64,000 nucleotides of DNA, taken from contig OZ024745.1 of the NCBI GenBank assembly GCA_964016885.1, positions 68,882,001-68,946,000 on the forward strand, written 5' to 3'. The translations under genes were made by a program, and so were the position numbers. Shown here piece after piece: positions 13,910 to 27,895 of the stretch (the stretch's first letter is position 1; every line of letters starts with the position of its first letter). The notes below the pieces were generated by a model, which did no database searches, had not been told where the DNA came from, and saw only the letters and a program-made list of their open reading frames with translations. The stretch is from Eledone cirrhosa (taxonomy: Eukaryota).

Positions 13910-16479
13910 AGTTTAATAATAAGCAGGTTAGTTATACTTCTAATACTCTTCAAATTCTTGATTATTTTCAAAATTATTTGAAAACTGCAAGTGTCTTTTG
14001 TTAGAAATATGATAAGGAAATGGTTAAATCTAAATATGATATTAGATCACTTTAAATTACTCAATAATAGTCACTATTTTAAAACTTACCAGTACATTAT
14101 CTAGTGGTAATTGTCCCAATTAAGAATCATAGTGTCCCAAATAAGATCAACAGATTGTGATAATCTATTTTCTTGTATTACTGCCAAATACATGTCTCTC
14201 TAGGCTAGCTGATTGAATCATTAACTTAAATTTACTAAATAAGCATGCTGAAAGCAATATTTATTAATATCATTAGTTCTATTTTCATTGTGTGCTCTCA
14301 CTGCATTATTGAGCAGAGCTTTGTGTGCACTATTGTTTTTGGTCTTGTTTTTATTGTATTGAAAGTACTTAACAAGGTGTGCAGTGCTCAGTAGTTCTAT
14401 ATTCTGTATGTTGTATATAAATCATGGAGTTTTGACTATGTAACTGTCTTGGTGGATATTTTGTTTTTATCATTTCCAGAACACCTATTATTATACAGAT
14501 TGTTTCTGCATGAAGGTGTGTGGCTTAGTGGTTAGGGTATTAGGCTCACAATTATAAGGCTCTGAGTTCAATTCTCAGACTAGGCACACATTACATCCTT
14601 CAGCAAGCCACTTTATTTCATGTTATTCCAGTCAAACCCGATGAAAATATTGGATGCAGAGAAACCTGTGTAAATCCATATTGACCTTTCTTTTTCTCTT
14701 GGGCAACAACAGTGGTATGGAAAGGGGAAACTTGCATACATGTGTGCTGTCTGGTCTGATAACCAAACTTATGTCCTAATGATCTTAAGTTGAGCACCCT
14801 AACCACAAGGTCATATGGCTCCTAATATGTAGATTATATTGACCCCACTACTTAATTTATAGACCTTAGAAAGAAACAAAGACGAAGTCAACCTAGGCAG
14901 GATTTGAACTTAGAAAATTGATGGTTGTAATAAAATTATTTGTAGCTTTTTATCTGATACTCTAAAAATTCTGCCGTCCACCTGCTACATGTAAATAACT
15001 ATTTTTTTGTTAAAAATATGTAGAGAAAAATTTATAATTAACTCATTTGTTTCAACATATGCAAAACATACATGTTTTTTGCAAAGCTTGGTCAACATGT
15101 GTAGTCTAATGGTTAGGGTTTGATTTCTGGACCAAGTGATGTATTGCATTCTGAGCAAGACAATTTTTCATGATAGTACTGGGGCCCTTATCATAAAAAA
15201 ATCAAAGAAACCATCTATGAGATGAACACTCATAGAAAGCTAGCTAAAACTGTAAAGGTTTAAATTTCCTCCATTTTCTTTTTGTAAATAAATCTAATTT
15301 ATAAATTATTCTGGCTCACACCACTCTAAATTCAAATACTACTACAATAAACTTTGCCTGGCAACATTTCATGGTCAATAAAATATAGTACATGTCTAGG
15401 GAAGTAGATTAGGGGAATTAATAGAGTATCAATTGTGATTCCTTGCTGTATTTGTTCCGACTCTTTGTGCTCTGAGTTGAAATCCCACTCTGGGTGGGAA
15501 ACTTAATCCATCAATAAGTTTAGCACCACACTTGGCTCTTGTGTACTCATTGCAGAGTCCACTATCTTGAAAGTATTCAAACCTGGTTTCCCATTTGAGG
15601 ATAACTTCCTCCCTTTTTCCTTCCCATTTGTCAAGCCACAGAGGCCCTCAAAAAAGTTAGAGACACTGCCTTTCCTTCCCTGACTAAATAGATAAAAATA
15701 AAATATAAAAAAAATAAAAAAATAGAATTCTGCTATCCACCTGCCATATGTAAATATGTGTTGCAATTAAAAATATGTAATTATGCATTAAAAATATAAT
15801 ATAATTAGGTTATTTGTATCAACATACAGAAATATATACAAATGCTTTTAATAAATCTAGGTTGCTCATTTACCACATATTTCTTCTTATTTCATCCCCA
15901 TGACTTAAATTAGGAGGAATCATGTGATCTAATATTTTTCTAACATTACTGGGTCATATGAATGATTCTTTTCTGCAGCAGGTGCTACATCACTTTCCTC
16001 TGCTGCAACTTATGACATAGTGACACCTATGTCTGCCTCATTAAGCTGGATTAAATTGGATTGGATTGACATGTAGTAACTTCAGCAGGATTTGAACTCA
16101 GAGCATAAAGAGCTGGAAAAAATACCAGAACCCATTTTTTCCAATGTTTTAACAGCACTGCTAATATCCCACCTTAAGAACTGGCTATAAAACAATGGTG
16201 TCAAAATTCATTTTGTCACCCTTAAATCACAGGCATCATACATATATATTACAACACTTCTGCTCGATTTTAATAAAACATTCAATGAAGAAGGAATTGT
16301 TTAAAAGATAAAGTTTCATCATCATTATCTGATTTTCGTATTGGCATTGGTTGAGTGGGTTGTCACAGTATAAGATTAGACAAGTCTTTGGAGTTTCAGG
16401 TTTTTCTGATACCTTCCAGTTTTAGCATGGTGTCTACAGCTGGATGCTCTTTCTAACACTGACCACTTTAAGGTGATCA

Positions 16480-16810
16480 TGTTGGTGATACAACAAAAAG
16501 CACCTGGTCACCTCTCTAAGGTAGTTGTGCTGGTTGTTGGTGACACGATAATAAAGTACCCAGGCCAATTTGTCAGTTGGTTGTTTTAATACCACAATAA
16601 AAAGCACGCAATCAATCCCGTAATGTGGTTGGCGTTAAGAAGAACATCCTGCCATAGAAACCAAGCTAGAAACAGATCTGTATGAACAAGACATGGTCAC
16701 TTGATCTGACTTGTTTCACAATGGGACAATGCATCTAATCCGTGTTAGCATGTAAAATGGATGTTAAACAGTGATAATAATGATGATGATGATGATGATG
16801 ATGATGATGT
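16480..16810 (+). mobile_element. Repeat family C (GAAGGGCATCCAGC..CCATGCTAGCATGGAAAA.GGACGTTAAA(TGA)n); other copies at ~1940-2310, 5170-5460, 18107-18250, 22810-23130, 29185-29330, 38000-38230, 62620-62950
   Basis: Recurrent 3' module with an (ATG)n tail and internal ~35-bp tandem units. Confidence 0.7.
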
Positions 16811-17184
16811 GTGTGTAAGTGTAAACATTCACACTTGAACACATATCATTTCCATTCTACCAACACCTGTTAGTTCTTTTGTTGTTGCTTTTAGCTTCTA
16901 TAGTTGCTTCAAGTAGATTTAAGCCTGTCATCAGGCTTGCTGCTTATATTGCAAAAGTTATATCATGTTTATGGGAGTGTAAAGAAAAAAAAAGCATCTT
17001 GATAATTACTGTTGAACAAATTTATTTATTTATCTATTAATTTATACTAGGAATCTATTATGGTTGTTACCAAAGTCTAGCCATGGAAACTGCATCAGTA
17101 ACAGTTGCTATAGCAATAAGAGAAGCTGGGTGAGGCAGGAATATATAAAAAAAAAATCCTAGTCACAACAACTGTAGCGGCATG

Positions 17185-17246
<62 letters not shown>

Positions 17247-17324
17247 TCCACCCTTGCAAGCTGGGAAAAGTGGACATAAAATGAAATGATGATGATGTAT
17301 ATATATGTATGTGTGTGTGCGTGC

Positions 17325-17366
<42 letters not shown>

Positions 17367-17372
<6 letters not shown>

Positions 17373-17556
17373 AGATTCAGGACCCCGACGGCTGAGCTCC
17401 GACCATTTCAACAGCTAGATCCGGATCTAGCTGTTGAAACGGTCAGAGCTCAGCCGTCGGGATCCTGAATCTTTTCATATTACCCACTCTACTACTCCAA
17501 GTATTGAGTACTCTGGTGCATTATGGTCCACTTGATATCTTACCACATCTTCTCTT
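17367..17556 (+). mobile_element. Fold-back + tail element family F1, copy 2
   Basis: Spacer-less palindrome centred on CCGG 17421-17424, arms ~17367-17478, tail to 17556, (TA)n flanks. Confidence 0.8.
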
Positions 17557-17667
17557 ATATATATATATATATATATATAAATATATATATATATATCTAT
17601 ATATATATATCTATATATATATCTATATATATATATAAATATATATATATATCTATATATATATATA

Positions 17668-17777
<110 letters not shown>

Positions 17778-17812
17778 TAAATATATATATAAATATATAT
17801 ATATATATAAAT

Positions 17813-18018
17813 ATAGGAACGAGTAGGACCCCGACGGCTGAGCTCAAGCCGTTTCGACAGCTAATTCTTGACTAATTCTGAGTCCAGAATTAGCCGTCGA
17901 AAGGGCTTGAGCTCAGCTGTCGGGGTCCTACTCATTCCTATTACCCACTCTACTACCCTAAGTATTGAGTACTTTGGTGCGTTATGGTCCACCTGGTTCC
18001 TTACCATATTTCCTTCGT

Positions 18019-18019
<1 letters not shown>
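17813..18019 (+). mobile_element. Fold-back + tail element family F1, copy 3
   Basis: Arms 17813-17941, tail to 18019, (TA)n flanks. Confidence 0.8.
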
Positions 18020-18060
<41 letters not shown>

Positions 18061-18317
18061 TATATATAAATATATATATACACATACATATATATATATA
18101 TATATAGTTCCACATTGTAAATGTGGTTGGTGTTAGGAAGGGCATCCAGCCGTAGAAAACCTGCCAGATAGTCCTATATGAGCGAGACACGGTCACCCGA
18201 CCAAAACCCATGCTAGCATGGAAGATGGACGTTAAACGAAGATGATGATGATAGACATACATATATACACATATATACATATGCATATATATATACATAT
18301 ATATATATATACATATA

Positions 18318-19135
18318 GGCTACAACACTACAGCAAAGGTACACTGGATCAGGAGGAATCAAAATCCCTGAGTCAAAATCAATATGGAACCTGGGTATTG
18401 ATATGAATAATGATGTATCGTTTCATGCACACATCATCAAAATGGCAGCAATGTGCAGGCAACTGGCAGGTTGGATTCTTAGGACTTATGGTACCAGAGA
18501 CCAGGAAACCATGTTAGTCCTCTGAAGGACTTTTGGCCTCAGCCAGCTTGACTATTGCTTTTAGCTGTGGTTGCCACACTTTGTCAAGCTAGCCATAGAA
18601 CTTGAAGCAATCCAAAGAAGCTAGACCAAAAGGATTGCCTCAATGAAAGAGATGAGCTACTCGGAGAGACCGAAAGAACTAAAGCTCTACTCCCTGGATC
18701 GGAGATGGGAGTGATATGCAGTGATACACGTATGAAAGATCCTGGAATGGCTGGCACCAAACTTCGGCATTGTGACCTGGACCAGCCCATGAATAGGACA
18801 CCACTGTGTAGTGCCAAAGATCCCATCCTTCACATCAAGAATAAGGATCAGATACTGCAATAATCTGGGGGTTGAAAGGCCCCAATTCTTTAATAAGCTG
18901 CCAAAAGATCTGAGAGATCTACATAGTGTGCATGTAGATGTTTTCAAGAAACATCTCAACACTCTTCTAGGCAAGATCCTGGATGAACCCACAGCACAAG
19001 GTGAAGCACATATAAGGTTGGCAGCAACAAACTCCCTTTTGCATCAATGGCCAACCAAGAAAGGTTGGCTAGAGAAAGTTTAGCATCAAGGGTTGTGCTC
19101 CAGCTTGGTCTCAGCATGTCAGCTGGAACACGTAA
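18318..19135 (+). mobile_element. CR1/L2-group LINE 3' end (ORF2 C-terminus + 3' UTR)
   Basis: LGIDMNNDVSF.AHI..CRQLAGWILRT..LDYC..LEAIQR..LKLYSL..GRHC..PQFFNKLPKDLR..FKKHL..DEP with stops and frameshifts. Confidence 0.85.
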
Positions 19136-19231
19136 AAGAGTATATATATATATATATATCATTATGAAGAATATATTTAATCTAATAAGCATCCGTTTAA
19201 CCATAATAATTTAAAGAAAAGTGATGCCATA

Positions 19232-19275
19232 CAAATACCATGTTTCAATATTAACAATCACAGTTCTTCAGCTTG
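19232..19275 (-). ncRNA. Decayed hammerhead-like motif
   Basis: Minus strand CAAG-CUGAAGA-(weak stem II)-GAAA-C(AUG)G-UA-UUUG, near a (TA)n tract. Confidence 0.3.
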
Positions 19276-19974
19276 GGACATATTGCAGACCTAGTAACAA
19301 TAGATAGCTATAAGGCATGATAGGAGCTTTTTTGTTTGATTTGGTAATGTTTAACCTAGATCTGTACAAAATTAGCCTTGTTGGAAATTATTATCAAAAA
19401 AGGCTATTTGTTTATTTAGTTCAGTTTTACAGCTGCAATTCTTGAAAATAAGTGATAAGAGAATATTGAAGGAAGGCTTCACAAATGATTTTTTTTTTTT
19501 ATCAGAATTTAGGTTTAGTCATTTCAAATTAAACTGTTATTTTCAAAGTTTTCATATCAAAATTATAAAATTTCAATTCAGCAATTTTCATTTTTGTCAT
19601 GAGGCCAAGGTTGCTTTTGTTGTCTAAGAACAGATATAGAGTTGACCTATATTTTTATTCTATATTTTTTTACATTGTTTTTAATTTTTATATTTGCTAT
19701 TGAATGGTTTGTAAATTTCTTGTCACTAGTGAAGCAGATGTTAAATTTTGTATACTTTTCCCCTTCATTTTTAGTGTTTAGTCAAGGAAAGATAGATTGG
19801 ACCCATGGCCCTTTATTTTTTTATAAAGATTTGATAGACCATCATCATCAGTAGCATTTAATGGAAGTTTCTCCATATTGGCATGGATTGGATGGGTAAT
19901 CACAAACCAAGTCAGTACTTAATCAGAGCTACTGACCTCTCAGACTGGTTAGGGGCCTGCATCTCACTTGCATC

Positions 19975-20300
19975 TGTCCCAGCAGTGAGACATGGACAAT
20001 GAAAGCAGAGGGTATCTAAAGGAAAGTGAGAAATGAATTGAGCATGCTCCACTAAATGTGTAATATTAATGGGCATAAACAAAGAGGCACAGATGAACTG
20101 AAAGAACAACTGGGTATAAAAAGAATCAGAGGGAATGTACAAGAGAGAAGATTCATTTATTTGAACCTGTGATGTGTATGGATGAAGATTGAAGAATTGT
20201 CAAATGATCCCAGTGGAAGGAGGCTGTGGAAGAAGAAGACCAAATAAAACCTAAGCTGAAGTGGTGAAAACTGATCTCTAATTGCTGAATCTCACAGAGG
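19975..20300 (+). mobile_element. RTE-type LINE 3' fragment
   Basis: Degenerate G.CGRRRPNKT*AEVVKTDL C-terminal motif. Confidence 0.6.
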
Positions 20301-20724
20301 AGATAATGAAGTGGAAGAAAGCTATACCGAAAAAGACGTGTCTATGATGAGGTTGATTATAATATATATATATATGGTCTTTTTAAAGGAGAAGGGCAGA
20401 AGAAACGTTACTGATGATGATCATAAAGATAATTATTTTTGCTCAACAACATCATTAACCCATTCAAGAAATAAACAAGTATTAGTTCCAGTTAAACTTG
20501 AAGATAATCAATAATTTGAAAGGATTTAGTAAAATATCTAGCCTTTTGATTAATTAGTACATTAAGTTAGTGTTTGATGCATAATTTGATAAAAGGTTTT
20601 CACCAAAATTATGATGGAATGCTTTTAATTTAAATGGGAACATTTTAAAACAGGTTTTCGTATCATAGAACCAGGGTTGGTATCAAAACACTAATAAAAG
20701 TCAATATAAAACTTAATAAAATAG

Positions 20725-20885
20725 ATGCAGGGATGGCCATGTGAGTAAGAGATTCACTTCACAATGAAGGAGTTTTAGGTTCAATCTTACTGTACAGTAC
20801 ATTTGGCACATATCTTCTATTATTGTGTTGGGTGAACCAACAGCTGATGAATAAATTTAGTAAATGGAACCTGAAGATGTCCTGT
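20725..20885 (+). mobile_element. SINE family D (CORE-like), running into a GT-rich microsatellite; other copies at ~7170-7268(-), ~9340-9500(-), ~29590-29680(-), ~41770-41890(+)
   Basis: tRNA-like head GGTTCAATC..ACTG followed by TTTGGCA(AG)TGTCTTCT..TATAG. Confidence 0.6.
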
Positions 20886-21200
20886 GTGTGTGTGGTGGTG
20901 TGGTGTGGTGTGGTGTTGTGTTGTGTTGTGTGGTGTTGTGTTGTGTTGTGTTGTGTTGTGTTGTGTTGTGTTGTGTTGTGTTGTGTTGTGTTGTGTTGTG
21001 TTGTGTTGTGTTGTGTTGTGTTGTGTTGTGTTGTGTTGTGTTGTGTTGTGTTGTGTTGTGTTGTGTTGTGTTGTGTTGTGTTGTGTTGTGTTGTGTTGTG
21101 TTGTGTTGTGTTGTGTTGTGTTGTGTTGTGTTGTGTTGTGTTGTGTTGTGTTGTGTTGTGTTGTGTTGTGTTGTGTTGTGTGTGTGTGTGTGTGTGTGTG
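20884..21200. repeat. (TGTTG)n pentanucleotide microsatellite with (TG)n/(TGTGG)n edges
   Basis: Direct reading. Explains the five ORFs called here. Confidence 0.98.
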
Positions 21201-21591
21201 CATGCATGCGTGAGTGCACATGCATTTGTTTCCTTGTGTCTTCATTAAGCCAGCTGGAAGGTTTGTTTTGTCCCACAGCTTTTATTTTTATATGAATATG
21301 AATGGTATATATCATACTTCAAGATAGTGTGTAAAATACAACTTTGTCATACCTTTAAGTTTCCTAACTTAAAAATAATATATTCTGCTTATTTAAATCT
21401 TAGCATCCACCCTGTACTGCATGAAATAACAAAACATCGTTGACACGCATATAACATTACTATGAATGCATCACATTAACAATTAAAGTCTTGCAAATAT
21501 TCACAATGATGTGTCCAGTAGTGACGATACAATAAACATTTGAATTAGAAAACCAACATTTTAGATAATTTTATTACAAGTAGTAAATAGT

Positions 21592-21806
21592 TCACCCTTT
21601 AGCATTTAAACCGGCCGTATCTGACAAAAATTCTCTCACCTCTCTCTGTTCAAAACATCTATAATTGGCCCCTCATACTGATTTTAAGGTATTGTTCTCA
21701 AAACAAATGATATCAATATCACATAGATTCAATATTATGTGAGGTAAAGCCTTTACCATGAAAATATACTAGTAAATATAGAGTAATGTAAATGCTAAAG
21801 GGTTAA
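21592..21806. mobile_element. piggyBac-like MITE
   Basis: Ends TT(C/A)ACCCTTTTAGCATTTA ... TAAATGCTAAAGGGTTAA (TTAA target plus CCC TIR). Confidence 0.65.
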
Positions 21807-22393
21807 TATCTTCCTGCTAACAAAATCCTTATCAATTTTCCAACGTACTTGAAGTTTTGAAAGCTCTTTGTTCAGTGATTATGTTCCTCTATTCCAGCTT
21901 CAACGAAACTCTACTCATTAGCAAATCTACAAAACATCTAGGCTATTAGTTTTATCTTTGCATATTAAAGAATTACTTTAGACAGGCAATGTTATTTTGA
22001 CTATTTTATCATCAGTATCATTGAACTTTTAATAATCTACCTCATTTTCTATTAACACCAAACTATCTGAAATCACCCCTGGTTTTACAATGTAAAAATT
22101 CAAGTATTTGCATATTTATCTGAAATCATTCCATTAAAATTTTATGTAAAAACCTTTAAGTCATGTTCCAAACACCACATTAATAATTCTTGATTAACTT
22201 CAAAATTATTTGAAAATTATCAGCAGTACCTGTTATTTGAAATATAGAAATGAAAGGGTTAATGTGTTTTTATATACCCTAAAACTTTCTATCAAAATTT
22301 GTTGTAAGAATCTTTGTTACGTTACATTTCAAACCTCAATTTAATCCTGACAAAGCTAGTTATATTACAAATTGATTTCATTATTAGTGCATA

Positions 22394-22581
22394 GGGCAGT
22401 GGATTGGCAGTATCAGTAGAGGGTTGGACGCCATGCTTTGCAGCATAGTGTTACGTCCCTTTACAGTCTGAGTTCAAATACCGCTGAGGTTAACTTTGCC
22501 TTTCATCCTTACTAGGTCGATAAAATAAAGTACCAGTAATGCACCGGGATAATTACTGGCCTTGTGCCAAAAGTAGAAATA
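22394..22581 (+). mobile_element. SINE family A, short subfamily
   Basis: 14-bp TSD ATTATTAGTGCATA at 22380-22393 and 22582-22595. Confidence 0.9.
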
Positions 22582-23634
22582 ATTATTAGTGCATATCCAG
22601 TTTAGTTTGGTACATCATATTCATATACGTCATAAGAGGAAACCAGCTACAAAATATTGCTTCAAAACTGGTAAGTATGAAATCTATCATGGGCTCAAAA
22701 ATGCTAACCCCAATTTTAACAGGAAAAAAAATGGCATAAGTAGACCATGCATAGTAGACCTTGGAAGGGTTAAAAGATTTGTGATGTGTCTTTCATTAGA
22801 AATATGGTAGTCATCATCATCATCATCACTGTTCCTTTTCCACACTAGCATGGGTTAGACGAGTTGTCCCAGTGTGAGACAAGTCAGGTCAGATGACCAG
22901 GTCATGCTCATACAGAACTGATTTTGGCTTGGTTTCTATGGCTAGATGCCCTTCATAACTCCAACCACATTTACAGTGTTTACTGGGTGTTTTTTTGTTA
23001 TGGCACCTACACAATCACTTTACAGTGTGCGCTGCGTGCTTTTGATCATGACACCTACATGGCCACTTAACTGTGTGGTCTGGCCACTTTTTGTCATGTC
23101 ACCAACACATCCACTTTACATTGTGGACTGAAAGGTTTAAATACTTGTATCATGTCTTTCAATAGAGATATTGTAATGAAAAGGTTAAACAATTTGTGTC
23201 GCATCTTCAATAATCCTTATATTAAAACTTTCCATCATAATATAATTTAAACTTTACTGTCATTCTTTTCCTGAGTTTATCAACCTCCAAAGAAGCTGAC
23301 ATTTATGTCTTCTCCAAAACAACATACCAAGGTACTTTTATATCAGGATCTCAAACATATATAGTTAATAAATAATACAATGAAGAGGGAACCAAATGAT
23401 TACATAAGATGAGAGTCCACTATGTATGAAATACAGTTATCAAAATTGACGATTTATAATTTTTCCAGAATTTCTTTAATTGGAACAATGTTTAGAACAG
23501 GCACACCCTACCACTGCATGTAATAAGAGATGAGTAAAATTATTGGCACCAGGAACGGCATCCAGTCATAAAACATTATCTCAAAAAATCTAGTTCAATC
23601 TAAGCCTGCATGGAAAGGTAGGTATAAAAATAAT

Positions 23635-24009
23635 TTTTTCTACTTTTGGCACAAGGCTAGCAATTACCCAGTACATTACTGGTACTTTATTTTATCGACC
23701 CCGTAAGGATGAAAGGTAAAGTTAACCTCGGCGGGATTTGAACTCAGACCATAAAGGGCCGTAACTCTTTGTTGAAAAGCATGGCATCCAACCCTCTACC
23801 GATACTGCTAATCCACCATAAAAATAATTGTTTCTACTTTTGGCACAAGGCTAGCAATTACCCAGTACATTACTGGTACTTTATTTTATCGACCCCGTAA
23901 GGATGAAAGGCAAAGTCAACCTCGGCGGGATTTGAACTCAGATTGTAAAGGGACGTAACTGTGCTGCAAAGCATGGCGTCCGACCCTCCACCGATACTGC
24001 CAATCCACC
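23635..24009 (-). mobile_element. Two tandem SINE family A copies (23635-23817, 23829-24009)
   Basis: ATAAAAATAAT occurs before, between and after the copies (23624, 23818, 24010). Confidence 0.9.
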
Positions 24010-25790
24010 ATAAAAATAATGATGATGACAATGACAGTGCAAATTTAACCCTATGTCATGGTATTTATATAACTATAACTTGCAATAAACAATATTATAT
24101 TTTCTTCATAAATTTAATATTGATATTCCATGCCATGGCCCTTAACTGATGGAGTCAGTGGGGTGCCATCGGGACATTAAAACATAGTGGAGCCCATCCC
24201 TCACCAAGTCTAAAGAGATAGAAGGGGGCAGGAAGAGAGATATAAATATAGAAAGGAAATGAAGACGATATGTAGTGGAATAATAAAATCCAGTCCAGTA
24301 CTACTACCTTGTTGATCTTGAATGGGTGTAAGTCGAAGTTAACCTTAGCAGGATTTGATCTCAGAATGCAAAGAGACAGAACAAATACTATGAAACATTC
24401 TGTCTAATGTTCTAATGAATCTGCTAATTTACCACCTTGGTATTGATATTACAGGTGGTTTTAAACTTAGTTTTTGTTTATAAACTCTAATTTTCTGAAT
24501 GTTCTAGTTTCCATATGTCATTAGAAACTCATTAATGAGCTTGTAATGAGATTATATTACTTATCCAGGGCACAGGAAACAGAGCACTGGACCATGTAAA
24601 ATAAGGTTAATGAGTTCATTCACATAATGAACACCTGCTATGTTCATTTATATAACAGCTTATGATGAACACACACTAAATTACTGAAAATGCAGATCAC
24701 AGAAAACTCCAGAAAATCTACCTAAAATCATTTAGACATAATTATTACATTAACCCCCTATAAGTTTTCTTATAATTGTTATCTAATTATCTGTATAAAC
24801 ACAAGAGGTAACCATATATTTATGGCTTGCGTATAGTATACATATATTATTATTATTATATTGCAATGTACAAGTGGGATGGGATCCCTTGATTCATCTA
24901 AGAAGGCAGTAACTCTGAATAAGAATTTAATTTAATTGTAATGTCTCATCCAAATCATACCAGTGTGGAATGCAAATTGACTATGTATATAGGATATAAG
25001 CAGATTTTGTCATCAATTTTGATGGGGTAACACATATAAATTGTTCAGAAAAAAGTTTGGAGTGATCTGTATAAACATCTACCATGATTCCTTGTTTATG
25101 ATGCAAGAGATTTTTATCATATTTTACATGAGTATATTTTTTCAGAAATTTTTATTTAGCTTAAAAATTGCAAATACATAATCGTTTACAAATGGTATTT
25201 GATATATCAGTAATATTTGTTATTTGAGAATCAGCATATTTGTCTCAACGACAGGAAATTGATAAAATAAATTAATAGAATGACTGCACAAAATGTTAAA
25301 CATCTGGTTATTCTGCAGTCATTAATCTCAATATTGCAGTGAATTAGACATAGAGAACACGATTTTGATGGATAACATGGTACAAAAGAATTTACATAGA
25401 GATGACTCTACTCTGGGGTTGTATTATACAAAATGATGTAATTCATACCCAATTTTTTTTTTAAACTTCAGGGTCATATTATATACAAAGAAATATGGTG
25501 TAAGTCACTAACCAATATTATATACAAAGAAATAGTGACTAGTTCATATTCTTCTGCTGATCCAAATTACAGACTTGTGATTTACAACATCTTTCAGAAT
25601 ATGGTCTACAATCTTCAGGAGAAAAACTTCATAGACTATCAAAATTTACTTTTAACTGGATTATGTAACACAGTATGACAGAAATATTAATAAATTAATA
25701 ATGTATTAGATAAATATGAATTTACTTTTAACTGTATTATGCAACCCAATGATCACAAGTGTTTCAGGTCATATTTTTATATATATAGAT

Positions 25791-26190
25791 AGAGTGATGT
25801 AGGTTGAAATACCTACATCACTCCATGTGATGTACATACTGTTTTGAGAGCAGGACTGTCTGCTCCACACATACACGGGGCCTAAGTAGAGCTAAAGTGG
25901 TCTTTGTAGAATATCCAGGACCTCCTTCTCTGAGGAAGGGGAACAACAGTTAAGTCTACCTTCACAAGATGTTGCATATACTGCAACAGTCTGCGATATC
26001 CATCAACAGGAAAAAAGACTAAATGTTTTGCTGTCAACAGAGTCGTGCCATTAGCCAACTTCAAACTATTGGCCTTCAGTATCCCATAAACACCACCTTA
26101 GTTCCTCTACCCCATTCATGTGTATGTGTGGGGCAGATAGACCCCACCTTCGAACCAGCATGTACACCATAAAAACGCCTACATCACTCT
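25791..26190. mobile_element. Element with ~80-bp diverged inverted termini
   Basis: AGAGTGATGTAGG..TGTACAT.CTG..TCTGC.CCACACATACAC is mirrored at 26118-26190. Confidence 0.55.
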
Positions 26191-26631
26191 GATACAAACT
26201 TCAAACCCACCAAAAAGTCATCACATACATCAATTGAACATTCAGTCTACCAGCAACACCAAATACACTGAGTAGAAGATGGCTAATAGAATACAATTTT
26301 TATGACCAGAAAAAGAAGAGAGAGGAATCAAAGCAAGAGTAAAGGAGGAAGAAAAGCAAAGAATTTGACATTGCAAATACTATGCAAGCTGTAAAGCAGG
26401 AATTAGCCATGTAGGCCCCATGACAAGCTTTTCCATCTTGTTCTATAGGATGTAAATCCCTCAACAAACCACTGGCTTTCATTTTGTCTTCGATCATTTC
26501 TAACCATCTTCCTCTACTTTCTTTCACCACTACTCATAACCAATCACATTCATCTTTCCTCAACATATGACACAAATATCTCACTAGCTTTATTCCTATT
26601 ATTATGCACCAAAACAAACGTGATGGATAAC

Positions 26632-26810
26632 ATACTTTGTGGCATAGAGTTACGGCCCATTACGTTCTGAGTTCAAATCTTACAGAGGTCAGCTTTGCTT
26701 TTCAGCCTTATGAGGTCAATAAAATAAAGCACCAGTAATGCACTGGGGTCGATTTAATTGACTGCCTCCTTCCCCAAAATTGTTAGCCTTGTGCCTAAAT
26801 CAGAAACAAT
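26632..26810 (+). mobile_element. SINE family A, long subfamily
   Basis: Core plus GGGGTCGATTTAATTGACTGCCTCCTTCCCCAAAA segment. Confidence 0.8.
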
Positions 26811-27895
26811 CTTTATGCAACACAATTGAACATATTTTAAATTAAGAAAATCGTACATTTTATAATAACTTGCATGTAAATTTAATTTAAATTTTAGATT
26901 ATCTCATGTAAAAACATTTGTGACTTCTTTCATTATATGACATTTGCCATGGACCACTAAAACTTTAGTCACAAGTTACTTGTGATTTAACTGGACCACA
27001 TTGTACATTGCTGTTATGATAAATCATGTCTGGACATATGGGAATAAAATGAAATTTTCAGCTCACACCTAGGCAGGTTTAGCTGACCTTCAAAACAGTT
27101 GTATCTGATACAAGGTTTTTCAGGTGTTTTTATTATGAAGAGCAATGTGAAATGAAACCTTTGCTCTAGAACACAACCCACCAACTGGAAATGGAATCGA
27201 ACTCACAAATTTATGGTCATCAGCCCAATGCCTTCCCTGATAATAATTACTATTCAATCTATATAGTAGTGGTGGTAGTAGTATTAGTCAGGATCAATTA
27301 GTGCTGGTACACCTGGCTAGAATCCAGAGAACTGTAGAGTAGTAGTAGTAAGACTCAACAAACTTCAATAAAACATGGAATCCTAATTCTTTCATGATCA
27401 CATTTCTAATGAAATACATTTTATTTCAATTAATTAAAACTTTTGAATGATTTATACTAAAATTATTAATTATGTGATTACTAAGTAATTTAACATATAC
27501 CCCTTAAATAAAATTATGTTGGAAGTTATAATTAAAAAAGAACCCTTTAAAATGGATTGTTTTGTTTTTTCATAGAACCAGGGGTAGTTTTGGTCAAGTT
27601 GGTATCAAAAGGGTTAATGGGTGAATTAAATTCCCTATGTGTCTTCTGTTAGAGAGGAGTCACTTTCAAGTTATTGTTGTATAGAGGACTGGCTCATTAA
27701 TTGACTTCATCCTATACTTTATTCTTCCACAAGTCACAGTAATGATTGCAGTAATGCTGGGGCACCACCAGTACTTATTTTTTAAAGTTTGGTACTATGT
27801 TATTGATCCCTTCTTTGTTGAACTGCTAAGCTATGGGACATAAACACAATCATAATCAAAGACATGGACACACATATACATCATCATTATTATTT

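Noticed and set aside
20820-21315. Cys-rich CCVVL / TTQHN repeat proteins
   Set aside because: Artefact of (TGTTG)n, which is open in all frames.
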